Of a stretch of DNA of 64,000 nt, positions 44,287 to 54,634 are shown in pieces (the first letter of the stretch is position 1; each line of letters starts with the position of its first letter). The DNA is taken from the NCBI GenBank assembly GCA_018238155.1, contig JABCTZ010000007.1:130896-194895 (forward strand), in the 5' to 3' direction. Both the position numbers and the translations under genes were made by a program. The notes under the pieces were generated by a model. The model saw only the letters and a program-made list of their open reading frames with translations. It ran no database searches and was not told where the DNA came from. The stretch comes from Candidatus Heimdallarchaeota archaeon (GTDB lineage: Archaea; Asgardarchaeota; Heimdallarchaeia; JABLTI01).

Positions 44287-44582
44287 AGAAAAAAAGTTTG
44301 TAGAAGAAAAATTTGCTTGAACGGCAAAGTATTAAAGAACCGTTTGAAATGAGAAAGTGGAATAACGAAGCATGAAATTCGAGCGAATTCAATATCAAAA
44401 AGTTTAAGAAATTAAATTTAGTATTTGAAGTCAAAACTCGCTCTTAATTCACTTATTTAAAAACGTCTGAAATATGATAACGATCCCTAGGTGGACGGGA
44501 TTGCCGGATGGATGTAGAGAAGGACGTAATGTCACGTTTGTCCTTTTAGGAATAATTAAGGTGGCTAGTAGGTTCATTAGAA

Positions 44583-47500
44583 ATGATAGCGCGTGAGAAA
44601 ATAATTGAAAGATCTGCTGCAGAATTCTTTGAAGCAAATAAGGCAATTGCAGGATTCGATAATCCTACCAGGTCTACTTATACAAGTATTAGAGAACTAG
44701 TTGAAAATGCATTAGATGCTGCAGAAAAAGGGGGAATTTTACCTGATGTCAATATTCTAATCGAATTGATGTCTACAGAGGAAATCGGCGAATTAATGGG
44801 TATTAAAGATTACCGACCACCAGATGAAGAATCAGGAATTGAATTCATTAGATTGTCTGTGCGAGATAATGGTATTGGTATTCGTCACGCAGACATTCCA
44901 AAATTATTTGGAAGAGTACTTACCGGTTCAAATTACGGAGAACGACAATCACGTGGTCGATTTGGTTTAGGGGCAAAAATGGTTTTAATTTATTCTCAAT
45001 CAACTATTCGAGTTCCATTTGAAATTAAATCACGATTAGCTCTTTCTAAGAAAAAATCAGCCGAATTTACAAGTCATTACAAATTGTTTATTGATATTGT
45101 TAGAAATGCTCCTGAAATCGTTGATTCAACAAAATATACCGGCAAATCAAAGAATCAATTAAAAGTACATGGTACTGAGGTTACTTGTTGTTTTGCAGGC
45201 ACATGGAGAAGGTCGAAAAGATATATCTTTGAATATTTAGAAGAGATGGCTGTTATAACACCATATGCGTCATTCACTATTACTACTCCTGATAATCCCG
45301 ATGAACCTATCCTTCATAATAGAACCGTTGATGTAATTCCTGACCCACCAATAGAAGTACCATTACATCCAATCGGGACAGATATTAATCAAATAAAAAG
45401 TGAGATTTCTAGAACAAGATGTAAAGACATGAAGAATTTTCTGAAAACCCATTTTCAGAGAATTGGTGATAAAACTGCTGCTCAGGTTCTAAAGGTATCT
45501 AAAATTAAAGCAAGTAAAAATCCTCTGAATCTAGATGAAATGGAACTCCGAAGATTAATTCATGAAGGCTTTACAAAGGTTAAATTTTTCCCTCCTGATG
45601 GTAAATGTTTGTCACCGTTAGGACATGAAAATTTAGCAGCAGGTTTAGAAGATGTATACCTACCTGAATTCAGCTGTTCAGAAGGCAGACCACCTTCAAG
45701 CTATAGTGGACATGCTTTTCAAGTTGAAGTAGCTATAGGCTATGGTGGGGAAAACCTTAGTGCGCCTTACAAATTAATGCGTTTTGCCAATAGAATTCCT
45801 TTACTTTTTGGTGAAGGAAATGATTTGATAAAGAAAACAATTGAAAGCATTAATTGGTCCAATTATAAGACCAATCTCAATAATGATCCAATAATATTTG
45901 CCGTGTCATTAGTTAGTACTAAAATACCTTTCCCAGAAACAAGCAAGGAATATATTGCTGAAGTAGATGAGATTAGAAGGGAACTTCGGTTATGTTTACA
46001 AAAAGCCGGAAGGAAGCTAATGAGTTTCCAAAGAGCTTTGAAGAAAAAAGAGCAAGCAGCGCGAAGATCGAAAATATTCGAAAAATACGCCCCAACCGTT
46101 TCTTCAATTGTAGGACAAATGCTTGGAAAAATGGATGAAGATGAATTTCCATTTATGTTCAGTTCAACACAATTTAGTAAATGTTTGAAACAAAGAGATG
46201 GTTCGATTTTTCTACCAAAGAACCCCATCCCAGTTGAAGCTCTACCTATAGATTCAATTGAGGGTGTCAATCTTGATAGATATGATATTCAGACACTACA
46301 AGATCTCATTTTAATCGATGATGAGCAAATGCAAGAATTAATTTCTCTCGGATTATCTGAAGAAGCATTAGATCAAGCAGAACAAATACTACGGGCAATT
46401 CTTGAGCTGCCTGAACTAGCAAAAGATGAATTAGTAGAATCTGTAAGTGCTAAAGCCCTGGATGAATTTGCTCGAGAGAGAGGAATAATTGATGGTATGA
46501 ATCTTTATGAAGGAATGGATTCAGTATCAATCCTTCCAGGTGTTGGTCCCGCGACTCAGAAATCACTTCGAGCTCGTGGTGTTAAAACAATTAAAGATTT
46601 CTTCTTAATGGAAAATGAAGAACTTACCAAAAGTAGTTTGAATATTGCTATAATCGCTGAACTTAAATCTAAATGCAATGTTGATGTTTTACCAAATATT
46701 GATCAAAGAACGGTAGAGGAATTGCATAACAAAAAAGTTTACAGTGTACTTGAATTTCTAGAAGCAGATGATGAAGAGCTAAGCCAATTGTCTGGTTTAT
46801 CAGAAGAACGTGTGACTGCGTTATTTGAATTAATCAAAACATTACTTGATTTAGATATTACATCTCTTAGAGAAGAAAGTACCAAAATAGAAATTGACGA
46901 ATCAATAGATGATGAGGAACTTGTCACTCAACCCACTAAGGTCAAAATACCCACTCCACCTCCTGGCTTCCTAGAAGCAGATGCTGAAGTTGATGAATTG
47001 GGAGGTGTAGGAAAAACAATGGCTGCGAGATTATCAGCTAAAGGTATTGAAACAGTAGCCAAATTCTATATGGTTACTAATAGTCGCTTACTTAAGATTA
47101 AAGGTCTTGGAGCAAAAACAATAGCCGACAATCGTGGGAATACGGATGTAATAGTATTACCAAGAATAAATTTTGAGGGTAAAAGTGATCTGAATCTAAT
47201 GGGTATATTTACTGTGCAACAATTTTTCGACGCCGATGATGATAGTTTAACAAATGCAAGAGGATTACGATCATTAACGATTACAAAGTTAAAATTAGAC
47301 ATTGAAGAAAAACTGCTGATGACGCCTGGCTCAAAAATAGTTCCTTTGAGGAAAAAGAAAAAACCTGTGAAGAAACCAACGAAAACAGCACCAACTAAAG
47401 AAAAAATCACTCCTGTTAAACCATCTAAAGCCAAAAAAGCAGCAAAGACTGTTGTAAAGAAGGATACTTCTATAGCTGAGTTTCTAGGCACAAAGAAACC

Positions 47501-47927
47501 TAAAGTAGATGATGAGGAAACCACTAAAGTTGTAAGAGGACCACCAAAAGGGATGCTAGAACCTACACTTAGAATTAGTAAAATCCCAGGTATGGGCAAA
47601 ACAACAGAAGAACGATTAGCAAAGGTGGGCGTAAAATCAGTAGGGGATGTTTACAAGAAAAGCATCGCTCGATTAGGTTCAGTAAAAGGAGTAAAAGAAG
47701 AAGATATTATCGAAATGCGAAAAATGCTCTCGGTTGCAGTATTGCCTCATGTCTCACAAATGGTGCAAGAAGAACTGAACAAAGCAGGAATTTACACTGT
47801 GAAACAATTCCAAAGTGCAAAAATAGCTAAAACATCAGCTGTCAAAGGTTTGGGAGTAAAAACAGTGAAAAATATTAGAAAGCAAATAAACAGAGCACTA
47901 AAAACATCAGCAGAATTAGAAGGGTAG
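44583..47927 (+). CDS. top6B: DNA topoisomerase VI subunit B with a long C-terminal HhH-repeat extension
   Basis: GHKL motifs ELVENALDA, DNGIGI, SRGRFGLGAK; RFANRIPLL; SKE; then repeated HhH motifs. Confidence 0.95.
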   Translation: MIAREKIIERSAAEFFEANKAIAGFDNPTRSTYTSIRELVENALDAAEKGGILPDVNILIELMSTEEIGELMGIKDYRPPDEESGIEFIRLSVRDNGIGIRHADIPKLFGRVLTGSNYGERQSRGRFGLGAKMVLIYSQSTIRVPFEIKSRLALSKKKSAEFTSHYKLFIDIVRNAPEIVDSTKYTGKSKNQLKVHGTEVTCCFAGTWRRSKRYIFEYLEEMAVITPYASFTITTPDNPDEPILHNRTVDVIPDPPIEVPLHPIGTDINQIKSEISRTRCKDMKNFLKTHFQRIGDKTAAQVLKVSKIKASKNPLNLDEMELRRLIHEGFTKVKFFPPDGKCLSPLGHENLAAGLEDVYLPEFSCSEGRPPSSYSGHAFQVEVAIGYGGENLSAPYKLMRFANRIPLLFGEGNDLIKKTIESINWSNYKTNLNNDPIIFAVSLVSTKIPFPETSKEYIAEVDEIRRELRLCLQKAGRKLMSFQRALKKKEQAARRSKIFEKYAPTVSSIVGQMLGKMDEDEFPFMFSSTQFSKCLKQRDGSIFLPKNPIPVEALPIDSIEGVNLDRYDIQTLQDLILIDDEQMQELISLGLSEEALDQAEQILRAILELPELAKDELVESVSAKALDEFARERGIIDGMNLYEGMDSVSILPGVGPATQKSLRARGVKTIKDFFLMENEELTKSSLNIAIIAELKSKCNVDVLPNIDQRTVEELHNKKVYSVLEFLEADDEELSQLSGLSEERVTALFELIKTLLDLDITSLREESTKIEIDESIDDEELVTQPTKVKIPTPPPGFLEADAEVDELGGVGKTMAARLSAKGIETVAKFYMVTNSRLLKIKGLGAKTIADNRGNTDVIVLPRINFEGKSDLNLMGIFTVQQFFDADDDSLTNARGLRSLTITKLKLDIEEKLLMTPGSKIVPLRKKKKPVKKPTKTAPTKEKITPVKPSKAKKAAKTVVKKDTSIAEFLGTKKPKVDDEETTKVVRGPPKGMLEPTLRISKIPGMGKTTEERLAKVGVKSVGDVYKKSIARLGSVKGVKEEDIIEMRKMLSVAVLPHVSQMVQEELNKAGIYTVKQFQSAKIAKTSAVKGLGVKTVKNIRKQINRALKTSAELEG

Positions 47928-47989
47928 AAGTACTATGCTTAAATCAAAAAGTTAAGATTATTACATTATAAAAAATCGGAGGACAAAAA

Positions 47990-49201
47990 ATGTCCAGTAA
48001 AAGTGGAAAAACAAAAAAATACCCAAGGGAAGTCTCAAGAGATAAACTCAAAAGTGTAATAGAAGTACGTGAGGAGCTAAAAAAGACCTCTCGAATGAAG
48101 ATAGAAGACTTACCTGATGGCATTCATGAGATTACAGACATAGATAGAGAAGAAGGAATGAGAAGAATAGAAGAAATATTCAGAAAAGTTTTCGTTGAAA
48201 CAATACAATCAGGACAACCAATATTGAAAGTTCCTTCGAGAAGTGCAAGTAATGTAATTTATGATGAAGCATCAGATTTACTCTTGTTAGGTCAAAATTA
48301 TATGGATAGAAAATGGGATGATATTGGTACCATCAAGAAATTCACAGCACAATTAAGAGTTCTACAAATTATACACGAATTATTAGAAATGAATGTTCAT
48401 GGTAGCAAGAGAGAAGTGTTTTACACAGATGTAGCACTCTTCGAAGACCAAAATAGAGGGAGTGACCCTCTTATTGAAGATAGTGCAGTAACACTAGGAA
48501 CATATAGAAAAAATATTCACGTAACGGCAAATGACAGAGGATTGGTTGTTGGAAGAGTCAGTTATCTTGATAACGGTGATCTAATAGATTGTACAAAACA
48601 AGGGTCAGCTGGAAAAAATGTCAATCCAATGCAAGACCATATCACAGATCTAGAATCAGATGCAGAATTCATTCTGGTGGTAGAGAAACAAGCAGCATTC
48701 TTGAGGTTAGCTGAAGATAAATTCTATGAAAAATACCCATGCGTTATTTTAACCGGAAGCGGGCAACCAAATGTTGCAACAAGAATATTCTTACGAAAAA
48801 TGAATCAAGACCTGCAATTACCTGTGTTGGCAGTAATGGATTCAGATCCATATGGTTTGGATATTCTCAGAGTCTACGGTTTAGGTAGTAAAGCTCTATC
48901 TTACGAATCTTATGAGCTTGCCACTCCTGATATTAAATGGTTAGGTGTCCGCCCTTCAGATTTGAACAAATATAATCTCCCCAAAAACACTCGCTTACCT
49001 ATGAGCAAGATGGACATTTCTCGAGCCAAGATTATGATGGAAGAGAAATTCGTTAAAATTCGTCCTGAATGGGTTAAAGAGCTTAGACTTATGATTGAAA
49101 CAAAAGAAAAAGCAGAAATTCAAGCTCTAGCAAGTAGAGGTATTAAGTTCTTTACTGAAGAATACTTGCCAACTAAAATTGAAACTGGTGATTGGGTCTA
49201 A
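47990..49201 (+). CDS. top6A: DNA topoisomerase VI subunit A (Spo11 homologue)
   Basis: KREVFY catalytic Tyr, TOPRIM VVEK...DSDPYG, KAEIQAL. Confidence 0.95.
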   Translation: MSSKSGKTKKYPREVSRDKLKSVIEVREELKKTSRMKIEDLPDGIHEITDIDREEGMRRIEEIFRKVFVETIQSGQPILKVPSRSASNVIYDEASDLLLLGQNYMDRKWDDIGTIKKFTAQLRVLQIIHELLEMNVHGSKREVFYTDVALFEDQNRGSDPLIEDSAVTLGTYRKNIHVTANDRGLVVGRVSYLDNGDLIDCTKQGSAGKNVNPMQDHITDLESDAEFILVVEKQAAFLRLAEDKFYEKYPCVILTGSGQPNVATRIFLRKMNQDLQLPVLAVMDSDPYGLDILRVYGLGSKALSYESYELATPDIKWLGVRPSDLNKYNLPKNTRLPMSKMDISRAKIMMEEKFVKIRPEWVKELRLMIETKEKAEIQALASRGIKFFTEEYLPTKIETGDWV

Positions 49202-49319
49202 TCTCAATTCTCCTTCTTTCTAATCTTTGATTGAAAGGTATCTATGAAGATGCTTTTTATTGAAATTCCTTTGCAATCAAAAGTTTTTTGAGCTAGCAAT
49301 TTTGCTGAGTACTAAGTAA

Positions 49320-49787
49320 GTGAATCCTATGGTAGATATTGAAAGAGAATTTGTAATGGTTAAACCTGATGGAGTTAAACGTCGTCTTGTAGGTGAAACA
49401 ATCTCACGCTTAGAAAAAGTTGGTCTAAGAATTGTTGCAATGAAGATGTTGCGTTTAACAAAAACTATGGCTGAAAAGCACTATGCAGTGCACAAAGACA
49501 AACCATTCTATGAAGGGTTAGTAAAATTCATTTCTAGTGGTCCCGTTGTTGCAATGGTAGTAGAAGGGAAGGATGCTGTTACCCGTGTTAGGAAACTCGT
49601 TGGTGCAACAAAGCCAGGTGAAGCAGAAGTTGGTACCATTCGTGGAGATTTTGGTATGGAAATTGGTCGAAATGTTATCCATGCGGGTGATTCTCCGGAA
49701 AATGCTAAAATAGAGTATTCTATCTATTTTAAAGAGTCTGAGATTATTAAGAATGTTTTACCTGATGAAACATGGATATATGAGTGA
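49320..49787 (+). CDS. ndk: Nucleoside-diphosphate kinase
   Basis: [21 protein letters not shown]. Confidence 0.97.
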   Translation: MNPMVDIEREFVMVKPDGVKRRLVGETISRLEKVGLRIVAMKMLRLTKTMAEKHYAVHKDKPFYEGLVKFISSGPVVAMVVEGKDAVTRVRKLVGATKPGEAEVGTIRGDFGMEIGRNVIHAGDSPENAKIEYSIYFKESEIIKNVLPDETWIYE

Positions 49788-49810
49788 ATCGATGAATTTT
49801 CAGAGGTGAA

Positions 49811-51676
49811 TTGAATATGTCACAAGAAAAGAAAAAACCAGCCAGTAAACCTAAAAAGAAAGCTGAAATCCAAATAGATGAAACCAAACGTTTGAAAGCA
49901 CCCATCTGTGTTATCTTAGGACATATTGATCATGGTAAAACATCCATTTTAGATGCAGTTCGTGGTACTGCTGTTCAAGCAAGAGAAGCAGGCGGTATTA
50001 CCCAACAAATTGGTGCATCCTATTTTCCTATTGAAACTATTCAAGAGATTTGCGGAAATATGATGAAGCAAGATACTATCAAGCTTAAAATTCCTGGTAT
50101 TTTAATTGTTGACACTCCAGGTCATGCTGCTTTTCTTAATCTCCGTACAAGAGGCACTTCGGTGGCTGATATTGCTATTGTTGTCATAGAAGTAAGAACG
50201 GGTTTTCAGCCACAAACATTCGAATCTATGCGTTTACTCAAGCAAAGAAAAATCCCTTTTTTGGTTGCTGCTAATAAAACTGATCGTGTTGCCGGGTGGA
50301 AAATTCACGAAGGAGAATCTTTCCATAATACGCTTAAGAAACAAACAGTAGATACTCAAAAAGCGCTAGATGTTCATTTGTATGAGATTATGGGTGAATT
50401 ATCTAAACTGGGCTATCCTTCTGATAGATATGATCGAATTCGTAATTATACCGAAAACGTTGCTATTATTCCTACTAGTGCTAAAACCCATGAAGGTATT
50501 CAAGACCTTTTCTTAGTTCTTTCTGGTTTGGCTCAACAATTTTTGTTGGACAAGCTTGTTTATAGCGAGGGTCCTGGAGAAGGGACCATTCTTGAAGTAA
50601 CAGAAGAAGCGGGTATGGGTACAACAATCAATGTTATCGTTCATTCCGGAACGTTCTCAAAAACAGATCACATAGTTTTTGGTGGAAAAGATAAAGCCTA
50701 TGATGCTAAAATTAGATCACTATTGGAACCTAAAGAATTAGATGAGATTCGTGATCCTAAAGAGAAATTCAATGCAATTGATATGGTTCATGCTGCTGCT
50801 GGAATAAAAATAACTGGTTCGGGTATGAATGATGCAGCTGCTGGTGCGCCTGTAATGGTTGCTAATACTCCTGCTGAGATAAAGGCTGCTAAGAAGCTCA
50901 TTGAAGATGAAATGAAAGTAATCAAAATTGAAACTGACAAAGAAGGTATAATCATAAAAGCCGATACATTGGGAGCATTAGAAGCTCTCGTTAAAGAATT
51001 TACTGACCGAAGGATTCCTATCAAGCTAGCAGATATTGGTGATGTTAACAAAGGAAATGTCTCAGTAGCAATTGTCGTTAAAGAAAACGCTCCCGCCTCG
51101 GCAGCTATTGTAGCATTTAATGTTGCTATTCTAGCTGATGCCCAGGAAGAACTTGAAGTCAACAATATAGCTCTCTTTGAGAGTGATATTATCTATACTC
51201 TTCTAGATGAGTATGAGCATTGGAGAGTTGATGTAGAAACTAAACTGAAAGCAGATAGTTTGAAAGATTTGGTGCTTCCTGGAAAAATAAAGATTATACC
51301 TGGTAACGTGTTCCGCGCTAAAAGACCTGCTGTAGTTGGTGTTGAAGTTCTTGCAGGTAAAATAACCCCTCGAGTAGGTTTGATTAGAGGTACAGACGGA
51401 CGGAAATGTGGTTATATTCAACAAATTCAAGAAAGTGGCGTATCTCTCAAAGAAGCTGGTAAAGGAAAACAAGTTGCTATATCAATCAGAGGACCTACTG
51501 TTGGAAGACAGATAACTGAAGATATGGAACTTCATGTTGACTTACCAGAAAGTGTTGTTCGACGTATTAAAGAGAAATTTTTTGAAGATCTTACTGTAGA
51601 TCAGAGAGAAGCTTTGGATGATCTAATAGCCTTGAAACGCAGTTTAAGTGAGGATAACAAATTCTGGGGCTATTGA
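49811..51676 (+). CDS. infB: Translation initiation factor aIF5B (IF-2)
   Basis: GHIDHGKT, EAGGITQQIGA, DTPGH, NKTD. Confidence 0.97.
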   Translation: MNMSQEKKKPASKPKKKAEIQIDETKRLKAPICVILGHIDHGKTSILDAVRGTAVQAREAGGITQQIGASYFPIETIQEICGNMMKQDTIKLKIPGILIVDTPGHAAFLNLRTRGTSVADIAIVVIEVRTGFQPQTFESMRLLKQRKIPFLVAANKTDRVAGWKIHEGESFHNTLKKQTVDTQKALDVHLYEIMGELSKLGYPSDRYDRIRNYTENVAIIPTSAKTHEGIQDLFLVLSGLAQQFLLDKLVYSEGPGEGTILEVTEEAGMGTTINVIVHSGTFSKTDHIVFGGKDKAYDAKIRSLLEPKELDEIRDPKEKFNAIDMVHAAAGIKITGSGMNDAAAGAPVMVANTPAEIKAAKKLIEDEMKVIKIETDKEGIIIKADTLGALEALVKEFTDRRIPIKLADIGDVNKGNVSVAIVVKENAPASAAIVAFNVAILADAQEELEVNNIALFESDIIYTLLDEYEHWRVDVETKLKADSLKDLVLPGKIKIIPGNVFRAKRPAVVGVEVLAGKITPRVGLIRGTDGRKCGYIQQIQESGVSLKEAGKGKQVAISIRGPTVGRQITEDMELHVDLPESVVRRIKEKFFEDLTVDQREALDDLIALKRSLSEDNKFWGY

Positions 51677-51858
51677 TTAACCATTAATTTAGTGGCACTC
51701 ATCTTTAATGTGGTTTATCTTGACGATTAAACTTAATAGAGAAGAATAACTTCATTACTCATAACACCAACATCACGACAGCTAAACTTGGAAAAAAAAT
51801 CTGATAGACCACTAAATCACTAATATTAACTATAACCTGATAGGATAATGAAGGTCAC

Positions 51859-54147
51859 TTGGTAATGATACAATTCGTATGGATACTCATTAAAGATACA
51901 CCCATTACAGGTATGAAATTCATAAAAATATCCGATCAAGAAGAAAGAGATCGCTTAGAGAAATTTTATGGCTGGCTTAGTGGACCTTCAAGTGAATACA
52001 CTGAAAAAGTTCAAAATATAATCTTACAAGACACTAAATATTATTATCATTCTAATAACTCGGTTCTATTTGTTATTGGAGCGGATTTGGATGAAACAAG
52101 CATTCCATCCGTATTTCTTCCTGAATTAAAAGAAAGGTTCTTTGGTGTTTTTCCACATGATGTTACTGCTACTTTTAACGGAAAAGACACATCACAGTTT
52201 AGAAGCTTTGATCCTGTGCTAGTTGAATTATCAATAGCTTTTGAACAGAGAAAAATTGAAGCTTTTGGCAATCGAAAAGAGCTTGATGCTTTTGAGGTTT
52301 TGAATTTACCAAATGAATTGCAAATGGTCACACTTGTACTGGTAAAAATGCAAGTTGTTACTCCTGATATGATTTCTCAAGTGACAGGAATTTCATCCAC
52401 AGAAGTCGAAAGACAGCTACGCGAAGTCTATCAAAGAGGGTATCTATATATAACGACAATTTCTAATAAATCATATTTCTCGATTAAACCATTTGATTCC
52501 GAAGACTCGCACAAAATTAAAAATCAAAAAACACCCACAGAAAAACTCATAGGAGCTTCATCTGACACAGTCGTTCTGTCTGATCATTTACAAGATATCT
52601 CTCAATCGTCATTGGATATTGAGAAAACATTCCCTCCAGATAAGGGAGGAACACCTAGATTTAGTTTAGATGATGCAAAAGTTAGTGAAGAAACAACCCC
52701 AAAATTTGACACAAAAGAATCTGCTATGATGCCTCCGCCCAGCTTGGATAAGAGTTCAAGCTCAGGACTTTATGCTTTATCTCAAGGTGAGATGAAAGTT
52801 CCTTCATTAACTAATGATATAAAACCAAAACCGAAAGATTCAGTAGAACCTGCCAAAGATAAGAAAGAATCTAAAGGTGTTAAACTTAAAATTGATCCTA
52901 TCGCCCAAGAAATCGATCGTAATCATAAATTGACAATCGTCATCCCAAAGAATGGTTCTCTTCCTTCAAATTCTCTTCGAAGAGAAAAAGGATATTCTTC
53001 TGGTAAAGTTAGAATTCCTAATGAAAAGAATAAAGATCCTTTCCTATTAAATTCAATGATTAAAAAAGATCTTGAAAATATTTTCGAAGCATTACTAATG
53101 GGAAAACTAATAGTAATTTCTGGTGATACACCAGAAGTGATTACTACAGGTCTAGTGGATAAAGTTTTTGAAACTTTGACTCTCCTTGCGCCATATAGGT
53201 CTCTTCGCTGTATGAAAAGTGAGATCTTTGTTCATCCAAAGGATGCAGATATTGTTTATCTTCCTAAACATTTGCTTAAATATTATTCATGGGCTACAAT
53301 TATAGATTTAGATCAGAAAAAAGTTACAAGTGGTTCTTCTTCCGAGTTCTCCAGAAACTTAGTCAAGAAAATACGTAAAATAACTGACCCAAAGGAACTA
53401 GTAAAGGAAGTTACTAACATCTCTTCAGTTTTACTGAAAGTTGGTCGAGATATAAATACTCTGAAAATAGAAGGAAGACCTCCTGATTTATATCTGAATG
53501 AGGTAAAGAAAACTTTTGGCGTTGCAACATTAGAAGCAGGTTTAGCTTTAAGTGAGAAACTGATTCGTTTACACAAAGATTGTGCTTACATCGCCGGATT
53601 CTATATCCGAAAAGGTCTAGATGTCATTGTTCGTGCAATAGTTGTTGGGTACCCAGTTGTTGTTATTGGTGATGATCCATTGGATGTATTGCATGTTATT
53701 GAAGCCTTGTCAATATTTGCACCGAATAAAGCAGTTAATGCACAAGTATGGACAACGAATTTTGCTGGTATAAATCTGAAAGAATTTGATTTTATGGGTG
53801 CACAAGAAGGGACTGATAAACTCTTTAGAGATGCAGTGAAAGTTAATCTGCGCTCAATGAGCGCATATGGTGGTCCCCGTTCGGAATTTCTACATGAACT
53901 ATTACGTAAAATGTGGCGAAGAAGATCAAAAGAGAGACCGAAATTTATTCGTGAGAACATTTCCCTTATGTTCAATGATGTCGAAAAAATCGTTAAAGCT
54001 TTCAATTCTTTAGGAAATAGAGAACCTACAAAGCAAGAAATTAGAGAATTATTTAACAAGTATGAACAACATTTTCATGTACTGGTAATTGACATACTAA
54101 AAAATGAGCAGAAGGACATTGTTGCTAAAATCAAACAAGCATTCTGA
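51859..54147 (+). CDS. Longin + winged-helix + disordered linker + two DENN/folliculin-C-like domains
   Basis: N-terminal longin-like region (VLFVIGAD...FLPELKERF), wHTH (TPDMISQVTG...LREVYQRGYL), repeated IFEALLMGKLIVISGD / IVRAIVVGYPVVVIGD. Confidence 0.55.
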   Translation: MVMIQFVWILIKDTPITGMKFIKISDQEERDRLEKFYGWLSGPSSEYTEKVQNIILQDTKYYYHSNNSVLFVIGADLDETSIPSVFLPELKERFFGVFPHDVTATFNGKDTSQFRSFDPVLVELSIAFEQRKIEAFGNRKELDAFEVLNLPNELQMVTLVLVKMQVVTPDMISQVTGISSTEVERQLREVYQRGYLYITTISNKSYFSIKPFDSEDSHKIKNQKTPTEKLIGASSDTVVLSDHLQDISQSSLDIEKTFPPDKGGTPRFSLDDAKVSEETTPKFDTKESAMMPPPSLDKSSSSGLYALSQGEMKVPSLTNDIKPKPKDSVEPAKDKKESKGVKLKIDPIAQEIDRNHKLTIVIPKNGSLPSNSLRREKGYSSGKVRIPNEKNKDPFLLNSMIKKDLENIFEALLMGKLIVISGDTPEVITTGLVDKVFETLTLLAPYRSLRCMKSEIFVHPKDADIVYLPKHLLKYYSWATIIDLDQKKVTSGSSSEFSRNLVKKIRKITDPKELVKEVTNISSVLLKVGRDINTLKIEGRPPDLYLNEVKKTFGVATLEAGLALSEKLIRLHKDCAYIAGFYIRKGLDVIVRAIVVGYPVVVIGDDPLDVLHVIEALSIFAPNKAVNAQVWTTNFAGINLKEFDFMGAQEGTDKLFRDAVKVNLRSMSAYGGPRSEFLHELLRKMWRRRSKERPKFIRENISLMFNDVEKIVKAFNSLGNREPTKQEIRELFNKYEQHFHVLVIDILKNEQKDIVAKIKQAF

Positions 54148-54257
54148 AATGAACTTTTACTCGAGTATTCTTTACATACAATCAATATAGGAATAAAATT
54201 CAAAAAGGCTAAAGGCTTTCTAAAAGTATATCTATGTGATGTTAATTAGCAAAGGAT

Positions 54258-54494
54258 GTGCAAAAAATGAGAAAAGGTCCTTTAATCGCAGCAGGAGTCG
54301 AAGGAATAACTGGTTTGATAATGATCATTGTTGGTGCTATTTTCTACAATGAAATAGATTTACTTCTCTGGCCCGAATGGATAATGTGGATTGGAATCGT
54401 TATTCTTGGGTTCGGTATGATTATATTAGTCGTTGCTTTTATCAAAAAACCTAGTGAAGTCGAAGAAAAAGTACAAACAGCAGAAACAACTTAA
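54258..54494 (+). CDS. Small two-TM membrane protein
   Basis: Two hydrophobic helices and a charged tail. Confidence 0.6.
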   Translation: MQKMRKGPLIAAGVEGITGLIMIIVGAIFYNEIDLLLWPEWIMWIGIVILGFGMIILVVAFIKKPSEVEEKVQTAETT

Positions 54495-54634
54495 TTTCTC
54501 CATTGTTTTTTTCTTTTTACAAATCAATACTAGCTCATGGAAGAATATTTTTTAAGTATAAAAGCTTAGGTTAACCTAGCATTTTTTAGTCTTGATATGG
54601 AATAGAAAATTAAGCATAAAAGGATGAAACTGCC

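Noticed and set aside
44583-47927. Intein as the cause of the long Top6B
   Set aside because: The extra sequence is C-terminal and HhH-repetitive, with no splice-junction or LAGLIDADG motifs seen.
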